Positions 25,978 to 38,700 of a stretch of 41,300 bases of DNA are shown here, piece by piece. The notes under the pieces were generated by a model, which searched no databases, had not been told where the DNA came from, and saw only the letters and a program-made list of their open reading frames with translations. How positions within the stretch are numbered: the stretch's first letter is position 1; every line of letters starts with the position of its first letter. Location of the stretch: assembly GCA_000320545.1 (NCBI GenBank), contig ADNK01000279.1:1-41300 (forward strand), given 5' to 3'. Both the position numbers and the translations under genes were made by a program. Source of the DNA: Bigelowiella natans CCMP2755. Its lineage: Eukaryota; Protista; Cercozoa.

Positions 25978-26656
25978 TCAAACCTCCATACCATCACCAG
26001 CTTTCTCTCCAACATTTAAGTTACTAGTGCTCTCTTTCATTTTGGCCTGGTAGGTCACCAATTTTAGTGCAATGCTTCTCTTCATTTTGGGAATCTCGAC
26101 GCAATACTGCCAAGTAAGGTATGGAATCCAAGACAAACACATTGTACATATGCAGCATGCACACCCAAAGCACGTTGCGGGTGTGCAAGAATCCCCTTGG
26201 TCATTCTTTAGGATTGTTTCTTCGAGATTAAACAGCGCGTTTATTTGGAAGAGATGAACGAACTCTGCCCTATCCAACTTGCTATGTATATACAATAAAT
26301 AAGTAATACCACATCCCAAAGTCGTCAGAGTTCAACGCAGAATACGAGCATTTGTTATGATTGATCAACAGCCCACCTGTCTCGGTTTGAATCGAAATTT
26401 TTAAAAACTATATCTTTTTCATAAGTCTCCAATTCCAAGTTCTTGAGAAAGAACTCGACTTCTTCTCGATCTAAGAACCTGTCCATGATTCATGTTCTCA
26501 TTTGTATTGCGCTAGAGATGGAAGGAGTCTAAATTACCCATCTTTGTTTTGATCCAAGGAATCGAAAAGTTGTTCTGCTGCTTTTCGTTCAGCTTTATGA
26601 TTTGGGCTGCTCTGTACTTCCTTGAAGTCTTTCCGCTCATGAGCGACCTCCACCAT
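25978..26656 (-). CDS. Small EF-hand-pair protein with Cys-rich hydrophobic C-terminal segment (3 exons)
   Basis: Spliced loops DQNKDG|FLDREE and DSNRDS|KLDRAE are canonical 12-residue EF loops; followed by CTPATCFGCACCICTMCLSWIPYL. Confidence 0.8.
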
Positions 26657-27230
26657 TCCGATTTAATCTGTGGAACTGTTGGTCGTTTCATGCGAGATCA
26701 TTATTTGGGGAGGAAAATGAGGTGCTTCACACAATTTGTGTGAGGAATCTAGAAAACAAGTTTAGGTACATTCGCAGCTCTTCCTACTAATAATAAATAC
26801 TCCCACTATTACCTGCCTTCCACTGCCCGTTTGGGGTACGATGCGATCAAGGGGCGGCGTCGAGAGGAGGAGAGGAGGAGGAGGAGATTCTGTTCTTCAA
26901 CTCGTAGAATAATAATCTTGTAGTCTATGAGCGTTTCCAGCATCGTAACGCATGACGAGGATTCTGCTGTAAATACATGCGCATTTTATCCTGCGACAAT
27001 TCCGATATCACCATTGCTCTAGATGCTTATAATGCTGTCATTTGACAACGACATTAGAGGATGCATTTGGTCTCCTTGTCGTAGCATAAAATACGAAGGT
27101 GTTTTATGGTCTTACGGAACTCGGAATCCAACTCGGAACCGAAGCAAAGAGCGCAGGACACGCGACAACACCCGTCGACGACGGACCACAGACCAAGAGC
27201 GTGGCTTCAATAATCTACCCGGCTGCGCGC

Positions 27231-29109
27231 ATGAGCCTGTCCCTCGTAACTGCTGCCCGGAGATCCCACCTTCTCCTACGCGGGAATAATCAGTCACGTG
27301 TTGTTGCTGCTTGGAATGTGCGTGGGTTCAAACGAAAGCCAAGAGACATCAGTGAGCATAACCACGCCTTTCCCCTGCTTCCACTCACTGATCATGTGTT
27401 TTTGCTCTGAAGGAGTGGAGAATGTCCTGGACGAGATCGAGACTGGTGAGGATGGAAAATTGGTGAGTTGCTTTACTTTGAAATTTTGCCCCTCCTTTCC
27501 TTACCAAGAGGCGACAACATCTGACTGTCTCAATCATTAAAAATACTATCTGTGATCAACGTTTCTCCAGACTCCGATGAGAACGGACTACAAATTAGGA
27601 ACTCCGCTCGAGGTAGATATCACTTGTAAACACCGCTTTCTTAATGAAAAGAGGATAGCTCTGCCAATAACACATACAGGATTGTTACGATTGAAGATAT
27701 CCTCGTTTGGGTCATTTTCGCCGCTGGTAGGTTAACTTTCATTGATGAAAATAATGTCAGGAGCTGCCTACGACAATATTCGCGTACCCTACCTGTCCAC
27801 ACTGCAACAAGGTGAAGAGGAGAGGGAGGGGCGCGGTGGGGAGGGAAACTAGGATGGGTGTTCTTACGATAGCTATTGGACTATCTATCGATGTCTTCTT
27901 ACAACCATGTAAATATGTATATATGTATATCATCATTCTCCTGACTAAGGTTTTCGCTTATCTGGACTACCTACAACACGAGTACACGTTGGTGCACGTC
28001 AACCCAATCACCAAGGTACGTGACGTTAGCATTAACATTCATCCTATGTGTGTGAAAACTAGTCGTAGCACATCATAATGGCCCTCCTCCTCCCCCTTCT
28101 CCTTCCAGGCTGAGATCAAGTGGTCAACAGATTACAAAAAGGTGGCAGTAGCTTCATTACAACTCTCCCCATTATTTCGACGCGTTGTGTAACAGATATG
28201 ATCTATTATCCGTTTCCGAGCAGGACACGATAAATTTCCTTAACATTATTATTTCCCGTTGTTATAGGAGAGATCCACGACCATTCTCATCCCTTTTTAC
28301 TCTTCATGTGATGCTTAATTCTCGCCTAAGGAATAATGCTTAGAAATAATCCTTTTTCTCCTCGAAAAAGGTGCCCATTGCCACCATGGCAGAAAAGGAG
28401 ATATTTGGATCTGATGAGATCATATTCGCAGTCCACGAAGAGTGGCAGCAATTTCACAAAATCGGTTGGTATAAGCTGGCTAAGCTGTATCTAATCTAAT
28501 GCTCACTACTACCACTTTTTGTATTTTTCTTTTTTTTTTTAATTGTCGTTTTATGTTCCCGTCCTTCTTGCCATGCAGCCGACGGGCTGAGCAAGGAAGA
28601 CTTCTATCACTGGAACACTTTCGTGGATGAAGAGATAGCACGACCCTTGTTTGTGTAAGTAGACAGCCACTTGGACAGGGGGGTGGGTGGGGGTGGAGAG
28701 GGAGAAGGAGGAGGAGGAGAAAGACTGTTATCGCTCTTGCTTAAGACAAAAATCACTGATATATTCAGTTTGTCGGTAGAATTTTGTTTTAATCATATAT
28801 TGTAATTCCTTTCGAACATCACTTCTTTATTCAATTCGATGTTGTGCTAACCCTCATCGCTAATGTTTCACACTTCCCCCCCCCCCCCCCCCCTTCACCG
28901 AATATGCTACAAGTGCAACTTCCTCGACATGGGAGGACGCTCTGAAATACACAGCGTATGTTCGAGAGGTGGCCTGCACAAGCTACACGTTAGATTCTAT
29001 CATGTTGATGAGATACTGATGAAAGTTAGCGTATTTGTTGGACCTTGCAATCGAAGCGAGGCTCCTTTTACCTCTTCTCCACTCCAAGCCACTGGCGCGC
29101 TAGTTCGCT

Positions 29110-29147
<38 letters not shown>

Positions 29148-30157
29148 GGCGACTCTTGTATAGCATGTATTGTTCGATTTCGGTCTACATTTGCCCTTAC
29201 CCTCCACCTCCTCTTCCTCCTGTCGCTTAGATGGAGAAATACCCAGGATACTTGCGTTGGCTTCATCACATGGTTGCTACATTCTTCACGCGAGTGGGCA
29301 GCAACAAGACCAAGAAGTAAAGAAGAGGAAACGATGACGATGATGATGATGAAGAAGAAGAAGACGAAGTCAGAAGAAAGAAGAGGAAGAAGACAATGGC
29401 GACAACTTCTTCTGTGATTTCGAAACATACATAAAATGTTGTAAATTCTACTAAATGCGTGTGTGTATGGCCATGCTCATACAGGAAATTTAATCTATCC
29501 GAGCCCCTCGTTGCGTTGGAGGATGCCATGAAGAGGTTCCTTGGGACATTCGGTACTACTACCGTGCGACAAGGCACATACATTTTAAAATGAAAAAACG
29601 ACTAAAAAGATACCAGAATTAGAATGTTGCCTGTAGTTGAACTGTATTTTCATCGTGTACTAGTATATTTTCTTCTCTTTCTTCTCTTTTGCCATCCGCT
29701 ACCCCCCCCCCCCCCCCCCGCCTTTTATGCTTTTTTTTCTCTCGTCTCCTCCACTTTCGTAATATGTATTCAATACATCGCAGAAGGAGATACCACTGGT
29801 CCTTTTCATGGGGGGGAAAAACCCAGTTTTGCAGATATTCTCGTTTTCGGGACGTTTCGATCTGTTGGAGGTTCCTTCTCTCATTCTGTATTCAGTCTGC
29901 TTTTCTCTGTTCTTCTTGCTATGATAGCGGGGTGATGAAAAGTAAATGTCCTATCTTTATTATTGGCCTCAGGGTTTGACGCTGTAGCACAACTGCGTGA
30001 CCGCAATCCAGAAATCAATACATGGTAATACCGTCTAAGTGAAGATGAGTTGTGTTGGATCGAATTCATGCAAATACCCTGGTCATCATGCATCGTGTGT
30101 AGGTTCACAGCTATGGAGAACGCTGTGGGAGCGCCAGCTGTCGTCGAAAAGCTTTAG
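27231..30157 (+). CDS. PTGES2: Prostaglandin E synthase 2-like (mPGES-2; glutaredoxin/GST fold); multi-exon
   Basis: YPTCPHCNK|VFAYLDY...VHVNPITK|AEIKWSTDYKK|VPI...GSDEII, W..FVDE, PFHGGEKPSFADILVFGTFRS, W|FTAMENAVG: the mPGES-2 motif order. Confidence 0.9.
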
Positions 30158-30924
30158 GATTGCACAGTGCATAATCATGCGTTGTATTGCCTTTCACGAT
30201 AGTTATTATTAACATAACAAGCTGTGATGATACACATGTTTGCGTTGTTTGAGATGGCAGATTCTTGCATGGCTATGTAGACAGAGACAACAAGTATATG
30301 TGAATGCGGACTGCCATTATTAAGCAGTCTTACAGGATGGTAGCTATCTCCTGCATTGCTTAGTCAATTTTGTTTATTATTATTTTCAATGCCAATGCCA
30401 TTGGTCCTTTTCCAGCGCCACTACTAGCTAATTATGCTACGTATGTATGTTTGTTCGCACATTACTGGATTACGACAGCGCGTGCATGTGACTTTCCGTT
30501 GATTCTTCTTTTATAAAAAGAATACGCTTCTTCCATTGTACAATTATTCGGTGCACTTGTAGCACAGACAGAGCACAGGCCTTTGCGAGTACTAACAATA
30601 TGCGCGCAGCTGTACAAATGCATAAATGGTGTTAAAAGTATATAGCAATGACTATTGAAAGTCTCTGGAACATCAAGATATCTAAATATGGCCTAGTAGC
30701 AGTAATAATACAATACATCTGTAGGCACCTCGTGCTAGTCGCACTATTATTAGCCATAAGTACGCGCATGCATTTCGTGGATGCATTTAATTCAAGCTCT
30801 TGGCCGATTGGCGTTGGACATATAAAGAGCATCGTGACATAGGAGCATAATGTGCAAATCTCTTCTACGTTGGCTGCGCCACGTGCTGCTTCTTCTTGTT
30901 TACCAAAAACAAATAGTCTCATTC

Positions 30925-32092
30925 TCAAGCATTGTAGTACCCGAGGCCTCGAAGCTTTTTGTCGTCCGTCCTCCAGTCCTTTGAAACCTTGATCTCAAGT
31001 GATAAATGAACCTAAGAAAGCGTGCAGTGGTGTGTGGCAGTTGCAGGTGAATAGGAAGGAGTCGCAGAGCGAGCGAAGCAGAAAGCCGTCGCAGCCTTCA
31101 AGAGCATTTTATGGCATTGCGACGAATGATCGCATTATACGAGAGCAATGGTGGGTGGGGCACCTTCTTTTGCAGGTACTCCTCAATGCTCTGGCGAGAT
31201 GACATCGAGAGCTTCTTAATCATCGATCCCTGGGATAGGAATGATGGGAAGGGTAAATCGTAATGACGCAGGTAGCATTCGCGACAAAAAAATGGACAAA
31301 TACGACTACTACTCCTACTACTACTCGCCGCTGCGGCTTCTATTTTACTTAATTTTGTAGCGGTGGTACCTTCTTTCCGATAAGAATCCGCTTTTGTGAC
31401 TCCCTGAGGGGAAAAGGAGAGAGGATCTTTCAGTGCGATGGGAAGTCCAAAATGATGGATACGTGCGTCCGTGCGTGCAAAAGTAGCAGCAGCAGAGGCA
31501 AAATAACCCCGGACCGAACGTCAACGATGGCATCAACGAAATGGTGGATTACTTCTTCGCTATCAGATTACCCATCTCTCTCAATGAATAATTAGATACA
31601 GCACAAGCTCACAATTTAAACATCCAACGCTACTGCTATTATTACTGCTACTGCTGCTACTAGTGGTAGTACTTATCCGCATGTACGACTCCCTCGATAA
31701 CCGCCCTGTTGTTTGTGGTGAGAAAGGAAGAAAGAAGGAAAGAGAGAGAAGGGGGAAATCAGCCAAAATATCAACGACGCAGACATGATCATTAATAGCA
31801 TGAAACCCCTTGTAAAAGAGACTCTTGACGTCATGCTGCACAGCATCTAGTCACAGTATTCGTATTTTCTGTCGCTGCCGTTGTGTTACTTCGTGTGATA
31901 ATATGTAGTAGTAGTAGTGCTAGTAGTAGTAGAAGTAGTGCGGGCTCTTGGGTGGTATTCAGTAGCAGTACATGTCCTTGAAGTCTTTGTACTTCTTGAT
32001 TGTCACTTCGCATGAGTATGGTATTTCCTGCGTTTTGTCAGGATCGGTATTACGGGAACTATGGTCATGCTAATCCTCGTCATCACCATCAC

Positions 32093-32123
<31 letters not shown>

Positions 32124-32330
32124 GTGAACATCAACAACAACAATAACAACTCCAGTAAAAGCCCTCTGCATCTGCCAGTTTGTAATGATTCTTTTCACTC
32201 TCTTATCGTGAAAGCTTCTTGTAAAACACACCTGATGATATAGCTCGAAGATTTGTCCGCGGACCAGCTCAGAGACGAAGAATCGCTCGTTTCTGTCTAC
32301 TCGAGGAGCGCGTATACACACGCACGCACG

Positions 32331-32384
<54 letters not shown>

Positions 32385-32631
32385 CAGCACAAGTATGAGG
32401 CAGCAACCGTAAGAATCCTCCGCTGGTGAAAACAACGTATGTAGCAGCAAATGACTCAAACTCGACTACCGCTACCACCACACCACCATCACCTGTGAGC
32501 GTATCCTGATCGAACCAGGGAGGGTGGGTGGGTAAGTAGCTCTTCAGCTCTTGGAATAATGCTTCGATATTCAATTCTGCGACGCATGTGGGGAAGGAAG
32601 GGGTGGGGGGGGGGGGGGGTAAGTTATCGTT

Positions 32632-32663
<32 letters not shown>

Positions 32664-33122
32664 TTTGATGGGAGCAATGTAAGCTTTCTCATGAGTATAT
32701 TATGTAACCACAGTTGTCCTCCTAATCTCATAATCATACATATGGTATTATCATTCTTTTTACACACCCTCCTTCGCAGAAACATAGAATATCTTAGCGT
32801 CTGGAAGGTGCTCTTTCCAAGAGTCACTAATGTCTTCTGCAGATGGTTTGGGAGGGGGGGGCGGCGCTCAGTAGGTGATGATGATGTACTACTCCACAAC
32901 ACACGCTCATACACAATATAAACACTACTTACACACACACACGCACACACGCGCATGCACTCACGCTCAACGACCAACCTAAAATGCTTTCCCTCTCCTT
33001 CGGGGATGTGGGAAGCAGATCGATCTTGTTCACGGCGATGACGATGGGAATGTCCGATTTGCGTATTCTCTCCAAAATGCCCTTGTTGTATGCGGCGGCA
33101 CGGTCCTGCTCCATGTATCAAG

Positions 33123-33161
<39 letters not shown>

Positions 33162-33965
33162 ATGTCTTTGTATTCGCGCCATCTATCCGCTATAATTTCG
33201 CCGCTTTCCGATTGGGATGGGGAGTTAAGTCAAACAGTACACGAATGAATCGTGATTTTTTAAAAACCTTTTTTATCTCCCCCTCCTCCTCCTGCTGATG
33301 CTGCCTCTTCTTCCTCCCTCTCGAGCTTTGCTGTTCTGGTGCTACCGCCCCGTTTTCAATCTATACAATAAATGCATGTGTGCGCACGTGCGTGTGTGCG
33401 TGGGCATATACCCAGAAATCATATCTTTCTTACTCTCCCCCCCCCTCTATCGTTTATTTCTCTCTCCTCTATAGACACACACACACACACACACACACAC
33501 TGTGGCTTCAGCGCAAATTGATGTACTTATTTTACGATAAATCTACTGTTTTGGATAAGCATGGAAGGAGGGGGGGAAAGCGGAATGTACACGAAACACT
33601 CTACAACTACTACTGCTACTACTACTACTACTACCACTTCTACAACTACTTCTGCTACTACCACATCAGTGACGATTAAGAGCACGTCGGCATCAGAAAT
33701 AGACCGGTAGACGAATGCTAACATGCGCTCCTAAGGTAAAGCATCACCGGACAATGAGGAATAGGTTAATCCACATACGTCTATGTGTATACACACGCAC
33801 ACGTGCCGAGGGGCAGAATTTGAAGGAAAACAAGCGATGATTAGGTGGAAACTTGGAAGAAAGTAGGCAAGCAAGGACGCCAAAATCGTTGGGGTTGTTT
33901 TGAATAAAAAAGCAATATGATAGATGATGCTGGAAATATACGTGAGAGCACTCTTGTATTATCCG

Positions 33966-33998
<33 letters not shown>

Positions 33999-36041
33999 AA
34001 TCTCAGCAGACAGCCTCTACCCTTCCTCTTTCCCCTTTCAATCAACATGGTCACCACTACTACCTCCACCCGTTCTTCCTCACGCTACTCACGTAGCAGT
34101 AGTAGTATTTATTGCAAGAGCAAATAGTATTAAGAAACCAAACACCTGTAGCATGTAGTTCGGCTTTAGGATACCAGGAGTGTCCCAGTAGATCATCTGT
34201 GACTTCTCGTCGGAGATGATGCCCATTATTCGGTGCCTCGTGGTTTGAGCCTGATGATGATGATAATTGATGATGATGATGGTGGTGGTGATGATGATGA
34301 TGATGATAGGGAGGGAGAGAGGGGGGGAGGGTGCTGAAGGCTTCCCCATTTTCCTTCCACATGCAAACTTCATATTTGACACGAATGATAAGAATCAATC
34401 CCATCATGTCTCCTCTCCTGAGCCGCCGTCGTCATCGGTAATAAATAAATGTGCGACTAGCGCGAATAATTTGGTAGGTTCCATACTGTTCCCGCACACC
34501 ACACCATCAATCCATTTCCATTCGCGCTCTTGTGCTAGCCATGATCATATCCTATACCCGATGAATAATGATACTAAACCTTGGGCGACACGATGCTTAG
34601 ATTCTCGCCTACGAGCGCGTTCATGAGCGTCGATTTCCCCATGTTCGGGGAGCCGATGATGCTGCAGGAATGGAACGTTAACGAAGTAGAAAAACAATCC
34701 GAACTTAGTGCAATGGCACCTGACAAATCCTGATCGGAAATCTTCGGGAGCTGTATCCCCCCAAAACTTGTCACCACTGAGAATCTGGCCAAGGAAAAAA
34801 TGGCTGTGATGAACAACGAAGACAGCAGCATTTTACACATAGAGTGAGAAAGAGGGGGGAGGGGGAAGGGGAGGGGAAGCACTCTGCACAAAACACCTCT
34901 TCCCGGTAGTCCCTAGCTGTGTCTTCGATAACAGGAACCTGGTAAGATTAATGGATTAAATTGATGAATTGATTGATTGCTGCCAGAGAAATATCAAGCT
35001 CACAACTGAGACGTTGACACACGACATGATTGTATGATTGTATGTAACTGTATAATTTCCGATGCACATTCTGTTAAATGCAGACGTTGTGACCGAAACA
35101 CGCGTATTATTATCACCTCATCGAAGCCTACGAGCTCTTCATCTTCGATACTATGGGAATAATTAGTCAGCTAAACATCAGGGCGACAAAATACAATGCC
35201 CAACAAAACCTCATGTCCAGTTCTTCAAAATCATCGAATGAATCCAAGGGTAACGATGCAGCCCTCTTCTCTTCATCTGTAGCTCTTGGTGATGATGGCG
35301 ACGCTTTCTGTCGGTTCCTCCACTGGCTAGCACCGTTTGATGAGACCATGCCCCCAACACCTACAATGCCTGGTCAACAGATAGACAGTGTTATAGGTGC
35401 TATTTCTTATCGGATACTATATCGCAAAGTCTAGAAGTATAAACAACAACCACATCTAACCTTGAAGTTCTTTTAAGGCCTCCTCAAGCTCCAGTTTCTC
35501 CTTTAATATGGGGTAGGTAGGTAGGTTAGTAACAATTGTAGCTTTCGATGCAAGACGGTGATCCACCGGGCTTTAATGATACCGCGTCATCAAGTTTGTC
35601 CTTCATGCCATCTGTGCTGTCGTCGTCGTCTCCAGAAAACTGCACGGATTCTGCTTGGGGGTCGTGTGGCCAGCACCCCTCGGCGTCCTCGCCTAGCTCT
35701 TCCAGGCCAGACACCTCGGGGGTGTCATCAGAAGCTCGTTTCGTGATCATAATGTCCGGTGGCGGGGTCATCTTTCGCAGAACGTATTTCTCGATGTTAT
35801 TCCTGAGTTCGGCCGCACTCACTGTTCCTTCATCTTCTTTCAGGTCCCTTTCCTTCTCCGAAGGTACCTGTTGCTCTCCGCTCGCCCACCTCCGGAGCAG
35901 TGCTACCCTTCCACGAGAATTGATGGAAGAGAGACTTCGAAACCTACTACTCGAGATATGACGGGTTGTGGCGATGCTCCATGAAGATCCTGCTAGCAGT
36001 AAGACGGCATGCAAGAGGGGTAGCAAGGGTGCCGGAGCCAT
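30925..36041 (-). CDS. era: GTPase Era (ERAL1-like) with KH domain, probably plastid-targeted; multi-exon
   Basis: G1 [17 protein letters not shown]2 K|AQTTRHRI, G3 DTPG, G4 NKID, G5 VSAKEG; KH: [19 protein letters not shown]|GSMIK, KVSKDWR..KLRGLGY. Signal peptide [18 protein letters not shown] followed by a Ser/Arg-rich transit peptide. Confidence 0.95.
32340..32378. repeat. (GA)n microsatellite (intronic)
   Basis: Direct reading. Confidence 0.95.
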
Positions 36042-36509
36042 CACCGAGAGGGAAGGCAATCCGAGCAATAGATTTCCAAGGTTTTAAAAAAGCGCAAACA
36101 CAATTCCAATTTATTATCGCGACAATAAATATTGTGGCACTTTTAGAATATTACATTCTATTTTGGACAAAACTAGCTAATTCCGGTTTTTTGGAAACAA
36201 GAGTGTAACAGAAACCTAATAAGGAGAGCGATATCTATTCATTATATGTGTGAATACATGGCGATATATATGTGCGACATGATAAATATCTAACATTCAT
36301 TTTTTTAGGGAGTAGTTGAGCATTGTGTAACCATGCAAGTCATCTTAAATTATTTCACGTTTCTAGCAGGTGTGGGTTGGAAGAGCGTTCCCCTGTAGAG
36401 CTAGATTGTATAGGGTGATTCTACTTCGGCTGCCCCTTCCTTTTGACGTCGTTCGAACAAGCGTTCGTGCTACAAAGTAGCACAGCGATTTTTTCGTGGA
36501 GAGACAAAG

Positions 36510-37890
36510 ATGCCCTTTACTAGAAAGACTCCAGCACGATACCAAAATGAGGTGGTGGATCTCACAATGTCTAAGCGAGAGTTGAGGACCAGGGAAGTGA
36601 TGATGAACAAGCACTATAGCAATATGCGAAAGATCAGACCAACACTCAACACGCGAGACCCTAAGTTCTACGATCGGTACGAGAAATATAAAAGATATGC
36701 ACAGGTAATTAGTAGTTTGATGAACATAATATTTATATATGAATCTTGTTATTCATCTTACCACCTTCTTTGGTTTCTTCTTTTTTTATCATAAAAGCTA
36801 TGCTTCTAATTCACCTTTTGTTGATAGTATGAAAATATTTGCCTTCACTCGAACTTTTTCCTTTTAGCTGGACAAATCGAAGGTTTTGAGAAAGCAAAAA
36901 ATCAAGAAAGAGAACGAGGAACTTGTCCAAAAAATCACGAGCATCGCGGCTAAATCTACCAATCACTATCGTAATGGAATCAAACAATATCTTGAGTGAT
37001 ATAGCATATGAATATTCAACATTTTTCCAGGTCAGGAGTATCCCTCCAAACAACGCATGTTCATGACCATTCTCGCCAAGCACGGGCGAAAACTTCGGCA
37101 GTCGAAGATAACAAAAGAGAATCAGGTGACTTTAATGCCAAGACTTCTGTTTTCAGCATATATCTTCTTACCTACCGAATTAAGAGTATTCAAAACTTAT
37201 CTATTATAGCTCCTAGCTGAGCGGTTGTTAAAGAAGGAGTCTACTTACGACCGAAAACGTTGGGAGAAGGATTGGAAAAGGCACGACCACGTACTCAACC
37301 ACCTTTCGAAATCAGCCCAAATGGGACTCCGAAGAAAGAAACATACAGCTAGTAGGGCAGGGCGATCGCCAAAAAGGTGACTACAATATATACCTTCACG
37401 TAGCATTCAGCATCTCATGTCATATCGTTGGATATTGTTTATTTTTAGTAAGCTCTCCCCTGCCGCACGTCCTAAGACTACAGGACCTCGGAAGAGCTCA
37501 GATAGGCTCAAAATGGCAGGCCTCGAAAGCCTTAAACGTAAAGAAAAAAAGCAGGAGAACAAATCCGAAGCAGAAATAAAAGAGCAAGATGATGTGAAGG
37601 CAGACGTTACCAAAGATGAGGTGGCGAAGGACGAGGCTGCAAATAAAGACTCAGTAGCTGACACTTTATCACAGGATCGAGGAGCTGAGATGGAAAAAGT
37701 TGATAGCAAGGAAGGAAAGAATTTGGGTGATGAGCTGAATGCTGCAGTCGACGAAATAAATGATCAAACAAAGGAGACAACGAACAAACCAGATGACCAG
37801 AACAGAGAAGCTGCTAGCGGTGTTGAAGGACTTTCTGAGTTGACCCTGTCAATGACAGAAGTTGGCGGGGGGGATGCAGCCGATGAATGA
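36510..37890 (+). CDS. CFAP97/KIAA1430 (Hemingway-like) cilia-associated protein with acidic tail (about 5 exons)
   Basis: H...MRKIRPTLNTRDP, IKKENEELVQKITSI and KITKENQ|LLAERLLKKESTYDRKRWEKDW are the family's repeated I..EN..L motifs. Confidence 0.75.
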
Positions 37891-38217
37891 TTCGAGTAAT
37901 TACTAAGCCAGAGAGCAGCATGGATCACATTTTATCTTTTATGAATGAACACGTGCTGAGAAATTGCTAAATCCTTTGTAACATGGAGGTTGTGCCGATT
38001 ACCAAAATGTATGTGCAATGAGTGTCTGGTTTGACGCCAGTGAATGCACATTCTGATCGATTGCAAAGAAGAAATGAACACGACATACATGTGTATTGAA
38101 AGGCTTGAATGTGCGTCGCTACATCGCCGTCGTCAAAGCCTGACATGACGGACAACAATTGCACACACAAATAATTGCATGAAACACATCATAGCGGAGA
38201 CCAACAGATTCAACATT

Positions 38218-38307
38218 AGCGCTGGCCTATAGCCGCTGCATTACACAGCTACATGAGGATGGCCATATTGAACAAATTTAATTTGAATCATTACATCGCC
38301 GTCTTAC
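38218..38307. repeat. Short dispersed element, copy 3
   Basis: AGCGCTGGCCTATAGCCGCTGCATTACACAGCTACATGAGGATGGCC...TCATTACATCGCCGTCTTAC aligns with 17905-17985. Confidence 0.75.
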
Positions 38308-38399
38308 AAATGTGCACCATGCTGGCATGCGAGACGGATGCCATGTGCAATGAAGTGCATGAGCCCAACTGCTATGCAATGTTTTCAACAATGGTCAAC

Positions 38400-38700
38400 C
38401 CATGTAGGGACATACATGTCCATATACGTGTACGCGTAAGGAATACATGTACCCATGCACACCACATGTACCTAAAAAGCACACATGCTCTGTTCACATC
38501 CACACATGCACCAAACAAGCCACTCTAGCACTACACATGTACCGAAATTGCTGTTGCAAGCAACACATGGTGCACATGGATGCATGTGTGCACACGTGAG
38601 CCCTGTTATTTGGCACATGTGTAGCCATGGGTACATGTGAAGTACGCGATGTACACATGTCGTAGACGGCTACACGTACGCACAGGGACACACATGTCCA
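38400..38700. repeat. Degenerate inverted repeat built from YACRTR-type (CACATG/TACGTG/TACATG) motifs
   Basis: ACATGTACCCATG (about 38445) pairs with CATGGGTACATGT (about 38626); flanking arms align in reverse complement with gaps. Confidence 0.6.

Noticed and set aside
28863-34626. ORFs with poly-H, poly-I, CV, SL or poly-M runs
   Set aside because: Translations of intronic (CAT)n, (GT)n and (GA)n microsatellites in the PTGES2 and Era genes.
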